Shown here: in pieces, positions 1 through 10,444 of the stretch | Numbering within the stretch: the stretch's first letter is position 1 | Layout: the number at the start of each line of letters is the position of its first letter | Assembly: GCA_965248925.1 (NCBI GenBank) | Contig: CBDFLE010000006.1 | Coordinates: forward strand, 768,001-832,000 | DNA: 64,000 nucleotides | From: Candidatus Multivoradales bacterium | Lineage (GTDB): Bacteria > Acidobacteriota > Thermoanaerobaculia > Multivoradales > J023 | Direction: 5' to 3' | The notes under the pieces: generated by a model | What the model saw: only the letters and a program-made list of their open reading frames with translations | Told to the model about the DNA's origin: nothing | The model's database searches: none | Program-made: the position numbers and the translations under genes

Positions 1-1246
1 TGATCAGCCGTGTCGGTGTCCACTCCAGGTACGCCTGGTGCGCTTTGGGCATGTGCTCGCTCTGGGTCGTGTGCCGACCCCGACACCGATTGCGACGATG
101 AGCAGCCACACGCTTGCCGCGATCGAGCACCTCCACCAGTTGCGCCGTCGCCCGCAGATCGAGCTGCTTCTTGATCAGCTGGTACGGCACACTGTAATAG
201 TGGCCCTCGAACTCGACGTGGTAGTCCGGGGCAACGCGTACCTTCTTCCATTCGGCAAGCTCGTAGGGCTGGAGCGGCAAAGCACCCAGAGCAGGACGAT
301 CGACCTGCTCGAACAGCGCTCGGCGCGAGACGCCCAACACCTTCAGCGGACGGTCGTTAAGCTCGACCAGAAGCTTCGCGATGCTCTCGTTGAGCTCTCG
401 CAGGCTGAAGAACTGCTGGTTACGCAGCCGGGCCAGAATCCAGCGCTCCACTTGCAATACACCGTTTTCGACCTTCGCCTTGTCTTGGGGCTTCCTCACC
501 CGCGCCGGCACCACCGCCACGCCGTAGTGCTCGGCCAACTCCGCGTAGGTGCGATTGATCTCCGGCTCGTAGCGGCACGGGCTGGTCACGCCGCTCTTCA
601 GATTGTCCGGCACCACCAGCTCGCTCACCCCGCCCAGAGCCGCGAAGGTCCGCACATGAGAGCCGATCCAGTCCTCCAGGCCCTGGCTCCACGTTGATTC
701 GGCATAGGTGTAGTTGCTCGCCCCCAGCACCGCCACGAAGATCTGCGCTTCGCGCTCTTTGCCAGTCGCCGGGTCGATCACCCTCACGGTCTGTCCGGCA
801 TAGTCGACGAACAGCTTCTCGCCCGCCCGGTAGGCTTGGCGCAGGCACACATCCAGGCGCCCTTCCCAGATCCGGTACAGCTGACAGAAGCGGCTGAGAC
901 CGTAGCCGTCAGGATGGTCCTCCCGGTACTCCTGCCACAGCAGCGACAGGGTTACGCACTTCTTCTTCAGCTCGCCATGCACCTTGGTCCAGTCGGGCAA
1001 GGCTCGCTGACCACCCCTCCGAAGCGGCTGCGGCCGAGGGTACAGGCGTTGCTCCAGCTCAGCGTCGCTCAAAGCTGCTACTTGCTCCCAGCTCAGGCCT
1101 TCAACCTTGGCTCGCAGCAGGTAGCTGCACACCGTCCCGTGGCCCAGCCGAACCGACCGTCCGATCTGGCGGTGCGACAGGCCATGCTGCCATTTCAGTC
1201 TCAGTACCTCGCGTATCTTGCGCATCGATGTCCTCACTCTCGGCAT
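1..1246 (-). CDS. istA: IS21-family transposase IstA (5' part, runs off window edge)
   Basis: Manual translation from ATG 1246 (RBS AGGAGG) gives MPRVRTSMRKIREVLRL... with LFVDYAG, LGASNYTYAE, VPDNLKS and KPRDKAKVE motifs. It is absent from the ORF track, probably because no stop falls inside the window. Confidence 0.9.
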   Translation of the reverse strand, partial: MPRVRTSMRKIREVLRLKWQHGLSHRQIGRSVRLGHGTVCSYLLRAKVEGLSWEQVAALSDAELEQRLYPRPQPLRRGGQRALPDWTKVHGELKKKCVTLSLLWQEYREDHPDGYGLSRFCQLYRIWEGRLDVCLRQAYRAGEKLFVDYAGQTVRVIDPATGKEREAQIFVAVLGASNYTYAESTWSQGLEDWIGSHVRTFAALGGVSELVVPDNLKSGVTSPCRYEPEINRTYAELAEHYGVAVVPARVRKPQDKAKVENGVLQVERWILARLRNQQFFSLRELNESIAKLLVELNDRPLKVLGVSRRALFEQVDRPALGALPLQPYELAEWKKVRVAPDYHVEFEGHYYSVPYQLIKKQLDLRATAQLVEVLDRGKRVAAHRRNRCRGRHTTQSEHMPKAHQAYLEWTPTRLI

Positions 1247-1456
1247 CCAATCCTCCTTTCAAGGAGGCTGGAATACCCCAATTGTGAGGAGCGCGCTACC
1301 GTCGAACTCCGCCGTGGCCAGGATTCCGATCCAATCTGACCACCCATTCCGATCGACCCGGAAAAGTGGTCACTTTCGATCGGAATCGATGGTCAGATTC
1401 CGTTGGAATCACTGGTCACTTTCAATCGGAATCGGTGGTCGGTTTCCGTCGGTGCA
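1..1456 (-). mobile_element. IS21-family insertion sequence, left end
   Basis: Terminal 5'-TG at 1456 on the minus strand. Multiple internal repeats (GAAAGTGACCA, AATCTGACCA, AAACCGACCA) at about 1322-1456 are typical of IS21 ends. Confidence 0.8.
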
Positions 1457-1945
1457 GGCAGACGTGAGCATGAGCGATCGGTGAGATCCGGGCCAGGTGT
1501 TCGGGTCGTGGGTGGTGGCCGGTGCTACGCAGTTGCTCGAGGATCTCGGTCATGCGCACGGTGTTCCAGACGAGCACTGCGTTGGAGAGCAGGGACAAAG
1601 CGCTGACCTTGTTCATGATCTCTTCGTAGTCGCGGCTGCGAAAGGCGCCTTGGTTGGCGAAGAAGAGGCGTCGAGCAAGTTGGTGGCGGGCCTCACCGCG
1701 GTTGAGCTGGAGCTGAACCCTATGGCGCAAATCCTCATCCTGGAGGTATCGCAGTACGTACCGGGTCTTGGCCAGCCGGGCCAAGGCGGTCAAGGCTTTG
1801 GCCAGTCGGTCGGATCTGGAGCTGGCGGCCAGGCGCTGGAGCACGACATGGGCTGGTGCCGTGCGGTGCTGCAGCGAGGCCGCGAGGCGCACGAGCGGGT
1901 CCCACTGCTCAAGTGCTTGCGCCTGCGAGTGGTGGATGGACCCTC
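1457..1945 (-). pseudogene. Tn3-family transposase C-terminal remnant, cut by IS21
   Basis: EQWDPLVRLAASL...QLNRGEARHQLAR...LLSNAVLVWNT...ARISPIAHAHV matches the Tn3 TnpA C-terminus. There is no N-terminal part. Confidence 0.85.
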
Positions 1946-1969
1946 AAGAAGGACGCCGCTCTTCATATT

Positions 1970-2365
1970 TCAGTGAGGCAATAGTGCGCTCTCGCCGAAC
2001 CCCAATCGATCGAAGTAGACAGCCGTGATCGGCGCTCCTTCGAGACCGCTGTTGACACGGTCTAGGACCAATCTGGCGAACTCCTCTTGTCTTGCAATAG
2101 CCATGAATAGAAGGCGGTATTCAATTGCGAGATCGGCAATAGCTTCGGCTATTCGCCTGTGATCGTCGTCGTCAAGCACTTCTAGCGCTTCACGACAACC
2201 CACCAAGACCGTACCAATTTCGATAAGATAGCCATCTGTCTGAACTTCAAGAGGCGATTCTGTAAGTTTGACGTAGCCCGGCGTGCATTTGACGACCGGG
2301 TCTGCGACACAACTGGATAGCGCCAATCCCAGAGCAACAGCGGTCAGAATCGCCCTGTTGATCAT
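1970..2365 (-). CDS. Small lipoprotein, FliL-like C-terminus; candidate orphan immunity protein
   Basis: Lipobox LSSC; C-terminal RVNSGLEGAPITAVYF; lower GC; downstream of a toxin fragment. Confidence 0.55.
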   Translation of the reverse strand: MINRAILTAVALGLALSSCVADPVVKCTPGYVKLTESPLEVQTDGYLIEIGTVLVGCREALEVLDDDDHRRIAEAIADLAIEYRLLFMAIARQEEFARLVLDRVNSGLEGAPITAVYFDRLGFGESALLPH

Positions 2366-2410
2366 CAGGTGAGCCCCTTCAGATACTGAAACTGGCGGCC
2401 ACCTCTGCCT

Positions 2411-2863
2411 TCAATCCCCAATGTCGATGGGCGACGGGGCCGCGTACTCGATCAATTGAAGCTGAGGGGAGTCCCAGCTGACTTGGTACACTTGGACACG
2501 ATTAACAACGGCCTCACCAAGCCAGGCGTTGAGCAGACTCGCCAGTTCTACTTGAAACTCGCCTCTTATCTCGCTGTCCAAGATCCGCAAACCATAGATC
2601 TTGGTTTTGCCTACAACGATTTCTCTCGCAATTGCTAAATCTTCTTCCGTAAGTTCAAGGAGAGTCTCTTTCTCTCCAAATAACGTTACCTTGAAGACCA
2701 GCCCCAAATGGTCCCCTAGGCTCGCTTCGAGAAGCCTAGGAGAGAGTTCTAAAGCAAAGTGGCCGTCATCCATCTTCTCAAAGGAGCCGCCTTGTTCAGT
2801 AGATTGCTCACCACATCCGTTGAGGACAATCAAGAGCGCAGCAATGACCAAGAGGTTTCGCAT
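2411..2863 (-). CDS. Small lipoprotein; candidate immunity protein
   Basis: Lipobox LNGC; start overlaps the stop of the upstream toxin-like ORF; C-terminus resembles that of 1970-2365. Confidence 0.55.
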   Translation of the reverse strand: MRNLLVIAALLIVLNGCGEQSTEQGGSFEKMDDGHFALELSPRLLEASLGDHLGLVFKVTLFGEKETLLELTEEDLAIAREIVVGKTKIYGLRILDSEIRGEFQVELASLLNAWLGEAVVNRVQVYQVSWDSPQLQLIEYAAPSPIDIGD

Positions 2864-3186
2864 TAGAATGGGCTATAAAGAAATGTTTCTGAGAATAGGT
2901 CTCCTAGGCAGTCGCTACCGACACCGTATGCTTCGCACTCAAGGAGGTTCCTAATTTGGGATAGCGGTACGTTGGCGCCCACTAGGGACAGAATACGAGG
3001 CTCCATTAGCTGGAGTTTGTGTTTTCTTTCGTGCTGACAGACACAAAAATCGACGCAATCGTCGCCAGATGGCACATACCGTGGACCATTCTTTACATTT
3101 CCGACCTGGCACCTGCTGAGGCACTTAGGTCGGCAGAAAGCCCTCTCGCCACCCAAATCCAAAGCATATTGCTCGGTTCTTGGCAT
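2863..3186 (-). CDS. Orphan Rhs C-terminal toxin fragment, HExxH metallopeptidase-like
   Basis: CQHERKHKLQ...ECEAY motif; Cys-rich; lies in a toxin/immunity array downstream of Rhs. Confidence 0.6.
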   Translation of the reverse strand: MPRTEQYALDLGGERAFCRPKCLSRCQVGNVKNGPRYVPSGDDCVDFCVCQHERKHKLQLMEPRILSLVGANVPLSQIRNLLECEAYGVGSDCLGDLFSETFLYSPF

Positions 3187-3194
3187 CGATCAAA

Positions 3195-3719
3195 TCAGTT
3201 AGTGTCGCTTTCGTCGATGCCAATCTGACCTCGCCTAGAAGACTTCAGGTAGACTCGGGGTTTCATTGACAAAAAGCGAGTCAGAATTCCGCAGAAGAAT
3301 CCGCAGACCCCTCCGACCAGCCAACCCAAGAGAGGAAACAGCGAGGCACAACTTATCACGACAATCTGCAAGGTTCTCAACCTGAAACCGGGCGCGGAGA
3401 TTGTTTCAACTGAACTAAACATCGCGGCTATGAGAGCAGCAGCAAGAGAGGATAGTGCGCCAAGTATCACCCCTGCCAGAAAGTACTCTACTACTCCAGC
3501 GCTGGGTCGGAACAACAAGTACCCAGCAAGCGCGACCGCAAGAGCGCAGAAAAATACTCTGTCGTAAAGTTGTAGATGCCAGTTAGTGACAAAGATGTTT
3601 ACGAAGTCTCTAAGTCCAATGGCTCTCAATATGGAGAACCCCGAGAAGGTGCCGAGTGTCGAGACGAGGCAAGCCTTGGCGACGATAAGCGATCTGCTCA
3701 CTTGCTCGCTCCGGGACAT
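3195..3719 (-). CDS. Multi-TM membrane protein; probable cognate immunity for the Rhs toxin
   Basis: About four hydrophobic helices. ATG 3719 overlaps the end of the reconstructed Rhs CT (stop at 3698). Confidence 0.6.
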   Translation of the reverse strand: MSRSEQVSRSLIVAKACLVSTLGTFSGFSILRAIGLRDFVNIFVTNWHLQLYDRVFFCALAVALAGYLLFRPSAGVVEYFLAGVILGALSSLAAALIAAMFSSVETISAPGFRLRTLQIVVISCASLFPLLGWLVGGVCGFFCGILTRFLSMKPRVYLKSSRRGQIGIDESDTN

Positions 3720-3865
3720 TGAAGCCGCCGTACTAGCCCTCGATTGCTCCGTCGAATCGCACGATTCAGGGCTCGGCGCAAGAGAGCGGGCGTCGCTCCG
3801 CTGCCCATCCGTCCAAACGGCCCGACTGTGCTCAGTGCCCCTGTTGTCATAATAGCGCACCCTAG

Positions 3866-5362
3866 CAGCCCGTGGTGAAAGTCCCGATTACGGCCGTCTT
3901 GGCGATCTTCCCTGGTAGAATCTTTCCACCCGAGGGAGGTAGCGACCATGGCGATGGGCAGGCGAAGCAATCGAAGACAGCGGCAGCTCTGGGTGGAAAC
4001 CCAGGCGCTGGCCAAGTCCCCAGGACATCCTTTCTACGAGCGTCTGTCCAAGATTCTCGACAAGCACGGTTTCGATCGCTTTATCGAGGAGCAGTGCGCG
4101 AGGTTTTACGCTACGAGGATGGGACGGCCTTCGCTGGCGCCCGCGGTGTATTTTCGGTTGCTGTTGATCGGCTTCTTCGAGGGTATCGACTCTGAGCGAG
4201 GTATCGCATGGCGGCTTGCGGATTCGATGACTCTGCGCGACTTTCTGGGCTTCGAACTCTCGGACCAGACCCCGGACCATTCGACGCTCTCTCGGACCCG
4301 TCGCCTGATCGATCTCGAGACCCATGAGGCGGTGTTTGCTTGGGTTTTGCAAGTACTGGCGAAGGCTGGCTTGCTCCGGGGAAAGACGCTGGGCATCGAT
4401 GCGACGACCCTCGAGGCGAACGCGGCGATGCGCAGCATCGTGCGTCGAGACTCGGGCGAGAGCTACGAAGAGTTTCTCACGCGCCTGGCCGAGGCTTCGG
4501 GTGTGGAGACCCCGACGCGAGCGGATCTGGCGCGTTTTGACCGCCAAAGGAAGAACAAAAAGACGTCGAACGGCGACTGGAAGAACCCCCACGATCCCGA
4601 CGCCAAAGTCACGCGAATGAAGGATGGGCGGACGCATCTGGCGCACAAAGCCGAGCATGCGGTGGATATGGAGACGGGTGCGGTTGTGGCGGTGACGGTG
4701 CAACCTGCAGACCGAGGGGACACGTCGAGCCTAGAGCGGACGTTGGATGAAGTCGCTGCGGTGCTGGAAGATGTCGTTGAGAATTCGGAGGCTGGCGATC
4801 ACTTGAGCGAGAAAGTCCGTTCAGAGCTGGTGGCTGACAAGGGCTATCACAGTAACGCGGTCATGAAGGCACAGCGTCAAGGGAAGATTCGAACCTATAT
4901 TTCGGAACCGGATCGAGGCCGACGCAACTGGTACGGCAAAGAGGCGGAGAAGCAAGCGGTGTATGCCAACCGTCGACGGATCAAGGGTCGTCGAGGCCGC
5001 GAGCTGTCGCGGCGTCGAGGAGAGAAAGTAGAACGCACCTTTGCCCATTGCTACGAGACTGGCGGTATGAGAAGGACCCACCTTCGAGGTCACGACAACA
5101 TCCGCAAAAGGTTGCTGATTCACATCGCGGGATTCAATCTTGGGCTGCTGCTTCGTCAAATGTATGGAGCCGGCACTCCACGGGCCCTTCAGGGCTTTCT
5201 TTCGGCTCTCGAACAGGGCTTTCGCGCCGTATGTAGCTTGCTGAGCTGGCTTCTGCCGCACGAGAGCGGATATTGGCCACTAAGATCTTCGATCAGACCA
5301 CCTGCGCCGGCTGGCCTCAATTTAGGCCACATTTTGTAGAAACGGACTTCTGCCACGGGCTG
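3866..5362 (+). mobile_element. IS1182/IS5-like insertion sequence, copy 1 (1497 bp)
   Basis: 19-bp imperfect terminal IRs (CAGCCCGTGGTGAAAGTCC / GGACTTCTGCCACGGGCTG), flanked by CTAG direct repeats at 3862-3865 and 5363-5366. Confidence 0.92.
3948..5339 (+). CDS. DDE transposase, IS1182-like
   Basis: SERGIA, PDHSTLSR, IDATTLEANA, ADKGY and VERTF motifs. Confidence 0.92.
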   Translation: MAMGRRSNRRQRQLWVETQALAKSPGHPFYERLSKILDKHGFDRFIEEQCARFYATRMGRPSLAPAVYFRLLLIGFFEGIDSERGIAWRLADSMTLRDFLGFELSDQTPDHSTLSRTRRLIDLETHEAVFAWVLQVLAKAGLLRGKTLGIDATTLEANAAMRSIVRRDSGESYEEFLTRLAEASGVETPTRADLARFDRQRKNKKTSNGDWKNPHDPDAKVTRMKDGRTHLAHKAEHAVDMETGAVVAVTVQPADRGDTSSLERTLDEVAAVLEDVVENSEAGDHLSEKVRSELVADKGYHSNAVMKAQRQGKIRTYISEPDRGRRNWYGKEAEKQAVYANRRRIKGRRGRELSRRRGEKVERTFAHCYETGGMRRTHLRGHDNIRKRLLIHIAGFNLGLLLRQMYGAGTPRALQGFLSALEQGFRAVCSLLSWLLPHESGYWPLRSSIRPPAPAGLNLGHIL

Positions 5363-8300
5363 CTAGTAGCACAGAGCCTCCAGAGCCAGCCCTGCCTTTG
5401 ATCTGCTCTTCCTCGCAACAAGTAGTGTTGAAGCAGAATAGTTCAACGAGGTCAGCGCCAGCGTCACACTGATAGTCAAAGTAATCACCAAGGCTCCAAT
5501 TCTCTATAGAGCTGTCCAAGATGTTACTATTGCCAGATCCTGGAAACCCTATGGAGTATCCGCCGTTTGGGTCGTAGAGATAAGGGGCTGGTGAGTTGCA
5601 CTGAGGGTCGCTCCCGCCGCCGCATCCGCCAGCAATAAAAAGCGCGGAATGGGAGCCTGCATAGATATTGGTCCCGCCAATTCCTGCCACTTTCACTCCA
5701 GAAATCAATACGCAGGTTAGAAGACCTAGCGGATCTGATAAGACTGTTGGAGATTGTCTGCCGTATGAGAATCCATTGGACCCTGAAAGCAGAATGCTGA
5801 CAGGGTCTTGTCGTTTGAAGGTGCCGCCTATTGCGTCATACCATCGGTGGACATTGTAGTGAAGACCGCTGGCCGTCTCCCAGGCTGCGTCTTCCCACTG
5901 CCCAGGGAAGCGCAAGAACACCTCATTGCTTCCAGCGGCCGCATAGTCCTGCCCAAACGGCTCGAACCCTCCGGTCCATGCTGGTGAACCCGCTCCGGTT
6001 GAAACGAGAACAGGTGTCCCAAGATGGTTGGCGGTTAGGTTGCTAAGGCCGCTGCCGTCAGTTTGAGCCACAGGTCTACGATCGAAGGAGAACACAGCGT
6101 TCGCACCGCTGGTACCGATGCGCCCTAGCAACATTCCGCCGGAGTTGTAGGATGCTTGGGTTGAGATCTGGGCCATGCAGCTACTCGCTCCCGGATCACC
6201 CCAAGCGCTGATGTCGCCGCTTTCAAAGCCATCGCAGAAGAGAGCGTTGCCCGAAGTGTCGGGCTCGCGGCCGACCGCTTGGCGTAGGTAGCTGCGACCG
6301 TCGTACAGCATTTCCGAGCTGGTCTGTGCCGAAGGGTGATCGATGGCTGACAGGCGGCCTGCATCATCGAAGGTGTAGGTCACGGGGTCGCCGTTCTCGT
6401 CGACGCCGATTTGGTTGCCGGCTGCATCGAAGGTGTAGACGCGACTGCCACCCGCACCGAGTGCAATCTGATCGAGTTTCGCGGTGTTGCCGCTCGCGGC
6501 AGCGTTGGCGAGGTATTGATAGCTGTCGGTGGCGCCGTCCCGCGTTTCGCTGAGACGGTTGCCGATTTTGTCGTAGGCCCAGGTCAGAGCGCCCCAAGGG
6601 CCATCGCCCTGGGTAAGGAAATACTGGTAATCCTGGTGGGCGTAAATGCGGTTGTTCAGCGGGTCGAGCAGATCACCGATGGCGGTGATGTTGCCGACCC
6701 CATCGGTGGTGTAGTCCCAGTCGAGCAGGGTGCCGCCGGGGCCAACGGCTGTGATGCTGGCGGGCCGGTAACGGCTGTCGTGCTGGCGGCTTTCGGTGAC
6801 GCCATTGCCGCGTGTCAGCTGGCGCAGTGGGCCAATCGGTTGGTAGAGGGCTCCCGTGACGATCGATTGGATGCCCTGGCCTGGCACCTCGGCGTCGAGG
6901 GTCAGGTGACGGTCAGCGTGATCGAATGTGTAGATTGCCCTCACTCCACCAGGATACAGGATCTCGCTCTTGTTGCCGTTGGCGTCGAAGGCGTAGGCCA
7001 GCTCGCCGTCTTGAGTCATGCGCCCGAAGCGATCGAATTTGTAGTCGATCGGCTGGCCATCTCGTTCGATCTGGGTGAGTCGGCCGAGGCTGAAGGGCAC
7101 CTGCGGATCATCGTAGGTGTAGGTCACGTCGAGGGTGTCGTCGGGGCAGTCGACCAGGGTGACCCGATCTAGCTCATCGAGAGTGCGCTGAGTGGCAATG
7201 CTGCGATCGTCGATGGTCTGGGTGAGTCGGCCGTGCTCATTGTACAAATGGCTTGTCACGCCAGATACCTCGGAGGTCTCGCCGGTCAGCAGATCTCGAT
7301 CGCTGTAAACGTAGCTGGTCACTGTGCCTTCGGCATCAGTGACCGCGGTCAGATGATCCTGAACGTCAAAGCCGTAGGCCGTTACGGCTTGGCCACCTGC
7401 TGCGCCGCCGAATGGCTGGCTGACGGTGATCAATCGGTCGAGTGGGTCATAGGCGTAGAGCGTACTGGCTGGCGCAGATTGACCCGCCGATGGATGGTTG
7501 GCGTCCCAGAGGCGTTCGATGTCACCATCGCAGTTGTAGGCGTACTCGGTGATCGCCTGCTCGGGGCTGCCCGCGCCTTCGATCATCTGGTCGAGATGAC
7601 AGCGGGTCGAGTACAGGTAATCGGTAGTCGACGCACTCGTCCAGCTCGCGCCGTCCCAGCTTTGTAGCTCTTCGCGAACCCGGTGACCGAAGCTATCGAG
7701 GGTGTAGAAGGTGCGCTCGATGTGGCTGCCGGGCAGGTCATCGGGCTTGCGTTCGATCGAGGCAAGTCGGCCTGCGGAATCGTAGGAATATTCGAGCACG
7801 TTGCCGCGCGGAAGGACGGTTTGGAAGAGATCGCCAAAGACCGTGTAGCGCTGCTCAGTGATCAGGTCTTCGGCCAGTTCCGTGCCTTTCTGGATGCTGA
7901 ACAGAACACGATTGAGCGGGTCGTACTGCGTTTCGCTGGCTACCCCGTTGGGGTCGGTGACTGAAGTTCGGCGGTTGAAAGGGTCATAGCCGAAGAGAGT
8001 GCTACCGATTAGCGGATCGGTGCGACTGGCCAGCACCAGGCCGCCACGGGCAGCGTCCCAGGCGCTGGTGGTGACATCGGCGGTGCCATAGCCGGGTGAA
8101 TCGCGGTCTTCTGGCTGGCCCTCGGCGGTGTAGGTGGTCGTGGTGGTGTAGCTGAAGACCTGGCCGTCTTCTACCCCTTCGTCGATCCGGTCGGTGGCGT
8201 TGCCCTGGCCGCTGAGGGTGAAGGTAGTGCGGCGGAAATCGAGGGGGTTGCCGGTGGTCGAGGGACGCTCGATCTCGGTGATCAGCGCCGGGTAGGTGAG

Positions 8301-10444
8301 GTCGCGCTGCCAAGTGGTCTCGCGCTCCTCCGCCGTGCCCAGAGCTTCGACACGGGAGATTGCTTGGCCGTTGGCGTCGTAGGTGGTCAGGGTCGTGGTG
8401 CCGCCGCCATCGATCTGGCGAGTGGGGCGCAGGGGGTGCGCCGGATCTTCATAGAACAGCCGGCTGTTGGGGCCAGTGCCGCAGCTCGGGCAAGAGCCTT
8501 CGAGCTGCTCCAGGCGAGGCTTGCGGCTCTCGGAGTCGCGACCCAGGGTGTAGGTGGAGATCTCGCCCATCGGGTCGGTGACCGTGGTGACCATGGGCAG
8601 CTGGGGATCGTCGAAGCTCATCGACCAGCGATCGACGGCGCCAGCGTCGTTGAAGTTAGCGGCGCCTTTCCACATTTGCACTACATTGCCAAATGGGTCA
8701 TAGGCCCAGGAGCCCGCGATCCGCTCGCTAGCGTTTGTACCCGCCAGGCTCATTCGGGTCATGTAGCCCGGCAAGGTTGGGTCATCGTAGAGGAAAACCC
8801 AGGCGGTGCCGTCGGGTCGGTCGATGCGGGTGAGGTCTTGGCCGGTGTAGGTGTAGCCCCAAGTGCGGCTGGTGGTGCTGTCGATGCCGGGTGGTCGAGG
8901 ACCATAGGCCGGTGTCGTCGAATTGCATCAGGGTGCCGTCTAGATCGAGCAGGGTCCAGCCGGTCGGGGTCTTGGTCAGGGTGCGGTACTCATCGCTGGG
9001 AATCGTGCGGTCGTAGTCCCCATCCATGTCCAAGTCCGTAAAGCGACGGAAAGTAGCGTAGCGAGTGAGCAGCCAGACGTTGCTGTCGTCGGGGTCGCGA
9101 GCGATTCTCTCGGCGTAATCGTGGCTCCAATAGCGCCCCAACTCGGCGGTGATGCCGGCTGAGCCGGGGTAGGTCGGATGGCCAACGCCTCCCGCGTGGT
9201 AGCGCAGTAGGGCGCCGGGGCCGCTCTGCGGCGGCGAGGCGCCTCCGCCTCCACCACCGGCGCTACCGCCTATTCCGCTGCCACCACCGACGCAAGAGGA
9301 GCATTCTTCATCTTCCGGGCAGCCGCTAGGCGGGGGCGGGGGTGGACAGAGGGGCGACAGGCTGAAGTCGACTACTTGGGTGGTTTCTTTCGGGCAATGG
9401 GGACAGAGGCCGAAGGCACAGGGACAGGCGGTGGCGGTGATCGTGTAGCTGGCCATCAGGTCGCTGCAAGAGCTGGTGATGCCCCAGCTCAAGGTACCGT
9501 GATCTTCCTCGATCACCGCGCCCGAGAGACCGCAGGTGCCCAGGGTACCGCCGCCGCTGGGGGTCACCGTGACGGTGGCGAAGCTGTACAGGAAGCCCGA
9601 GGCGCTGGGATCGTTCTGGTGGTTTCCGGCGAAGTCGATCGGCACTTCGATGGTGATGGCACAGGATTCGATAGCCGGGTCGCAGCCAGCCTCGGGGGTG
9701 AAGGTGGCGCCGGAGATGACCGGCGTGTAGCAGCGGGAGCCGGTGGAGCAGTTCGAGGGTTGGTCAGCGAAGAGTCCTTGTTCGAGGTAAGTGAGGACGC
9801 CGCTGCAGGAGGTGCCGGCTTGGGCGTTGAAAGCGATGACGGCGATAGCGATGTTCACGATCGGACTCCTGAGCTGCATCTGGATACTCTCCTCGCTGGT
9901 TTGGCTCTCCTCGCAGATTTTTAGCTAGCTTCCATTCTCAGTTTCTGTGCCTTTCTCTTTTCTTGGCGATCTTCGCCAGATTCGCTGCTGGATGACGGCG
10001 TTAGCTCTTTGGTTCACGGCGGGGGGCCGATCCCGTGACTAAGAGTTGTCCAGAGAATACACTAAATACAGAGATTAATCTCTTTGGGGTGGTGATTCTC
10101 TAATCTGTACTTCGGCAAGTTGAGTTCAATGCCTCCTCGCGGTTTGGCGCTTGATGGTGTCTGACCACGGCCAGCGGACGGTTTCGCGCCGCGCATCTGA
10201 ACTGCGATTGCCTGACCCCGGCCCTGCCGTAGGCTGAGGCCACGATCCCCCTTCCAAGAAGGCCGGGAGGATCGCCCAACACCCCGCTGCTGGCGTCGCT
10301 ACGCTGGCGGCCAGCACCTCATGGAGCGCTGGGCGCTCCGGTGGGGGAAGGAGTACCAGATGAGTGCAACTAGAACAGAGATCTCAGGACTCTTGGATAG
10401 GTCGCCGCAGCACGGCATGATCATTACTCCGAGCGGCTAGCGCC

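Larger units (their letters stand above)
3698..9879 (-). pseudogene. Rhs/YD-repeat polymorphic toxin with Sec signal peptide, broken by a frameshift (about 8890) and an IS insertion (3866-5362)
   Basis: YD repeats, RFPGQW, HYNVHRWY and core terminus DPLGL. ORFs 8782-9879 and 5322-8774 join across a frameshift. Removing the IS restores the C-terminus ...GSVLLGCAIMTTGALSTVGPF...CPGASK*. Confidence 0.85.

Noticed and set aside
38-1339. Plus-strand ORFs 38-697 and 836-1339
   Set aside because: Antisense shadows of istA.
9900-10440. Possible sRNA or peptide partner for the HTH-TPR protein
   Set aside because: The small ORFs lack a convincing RBS or signal features, and no structure could be supported by eye.
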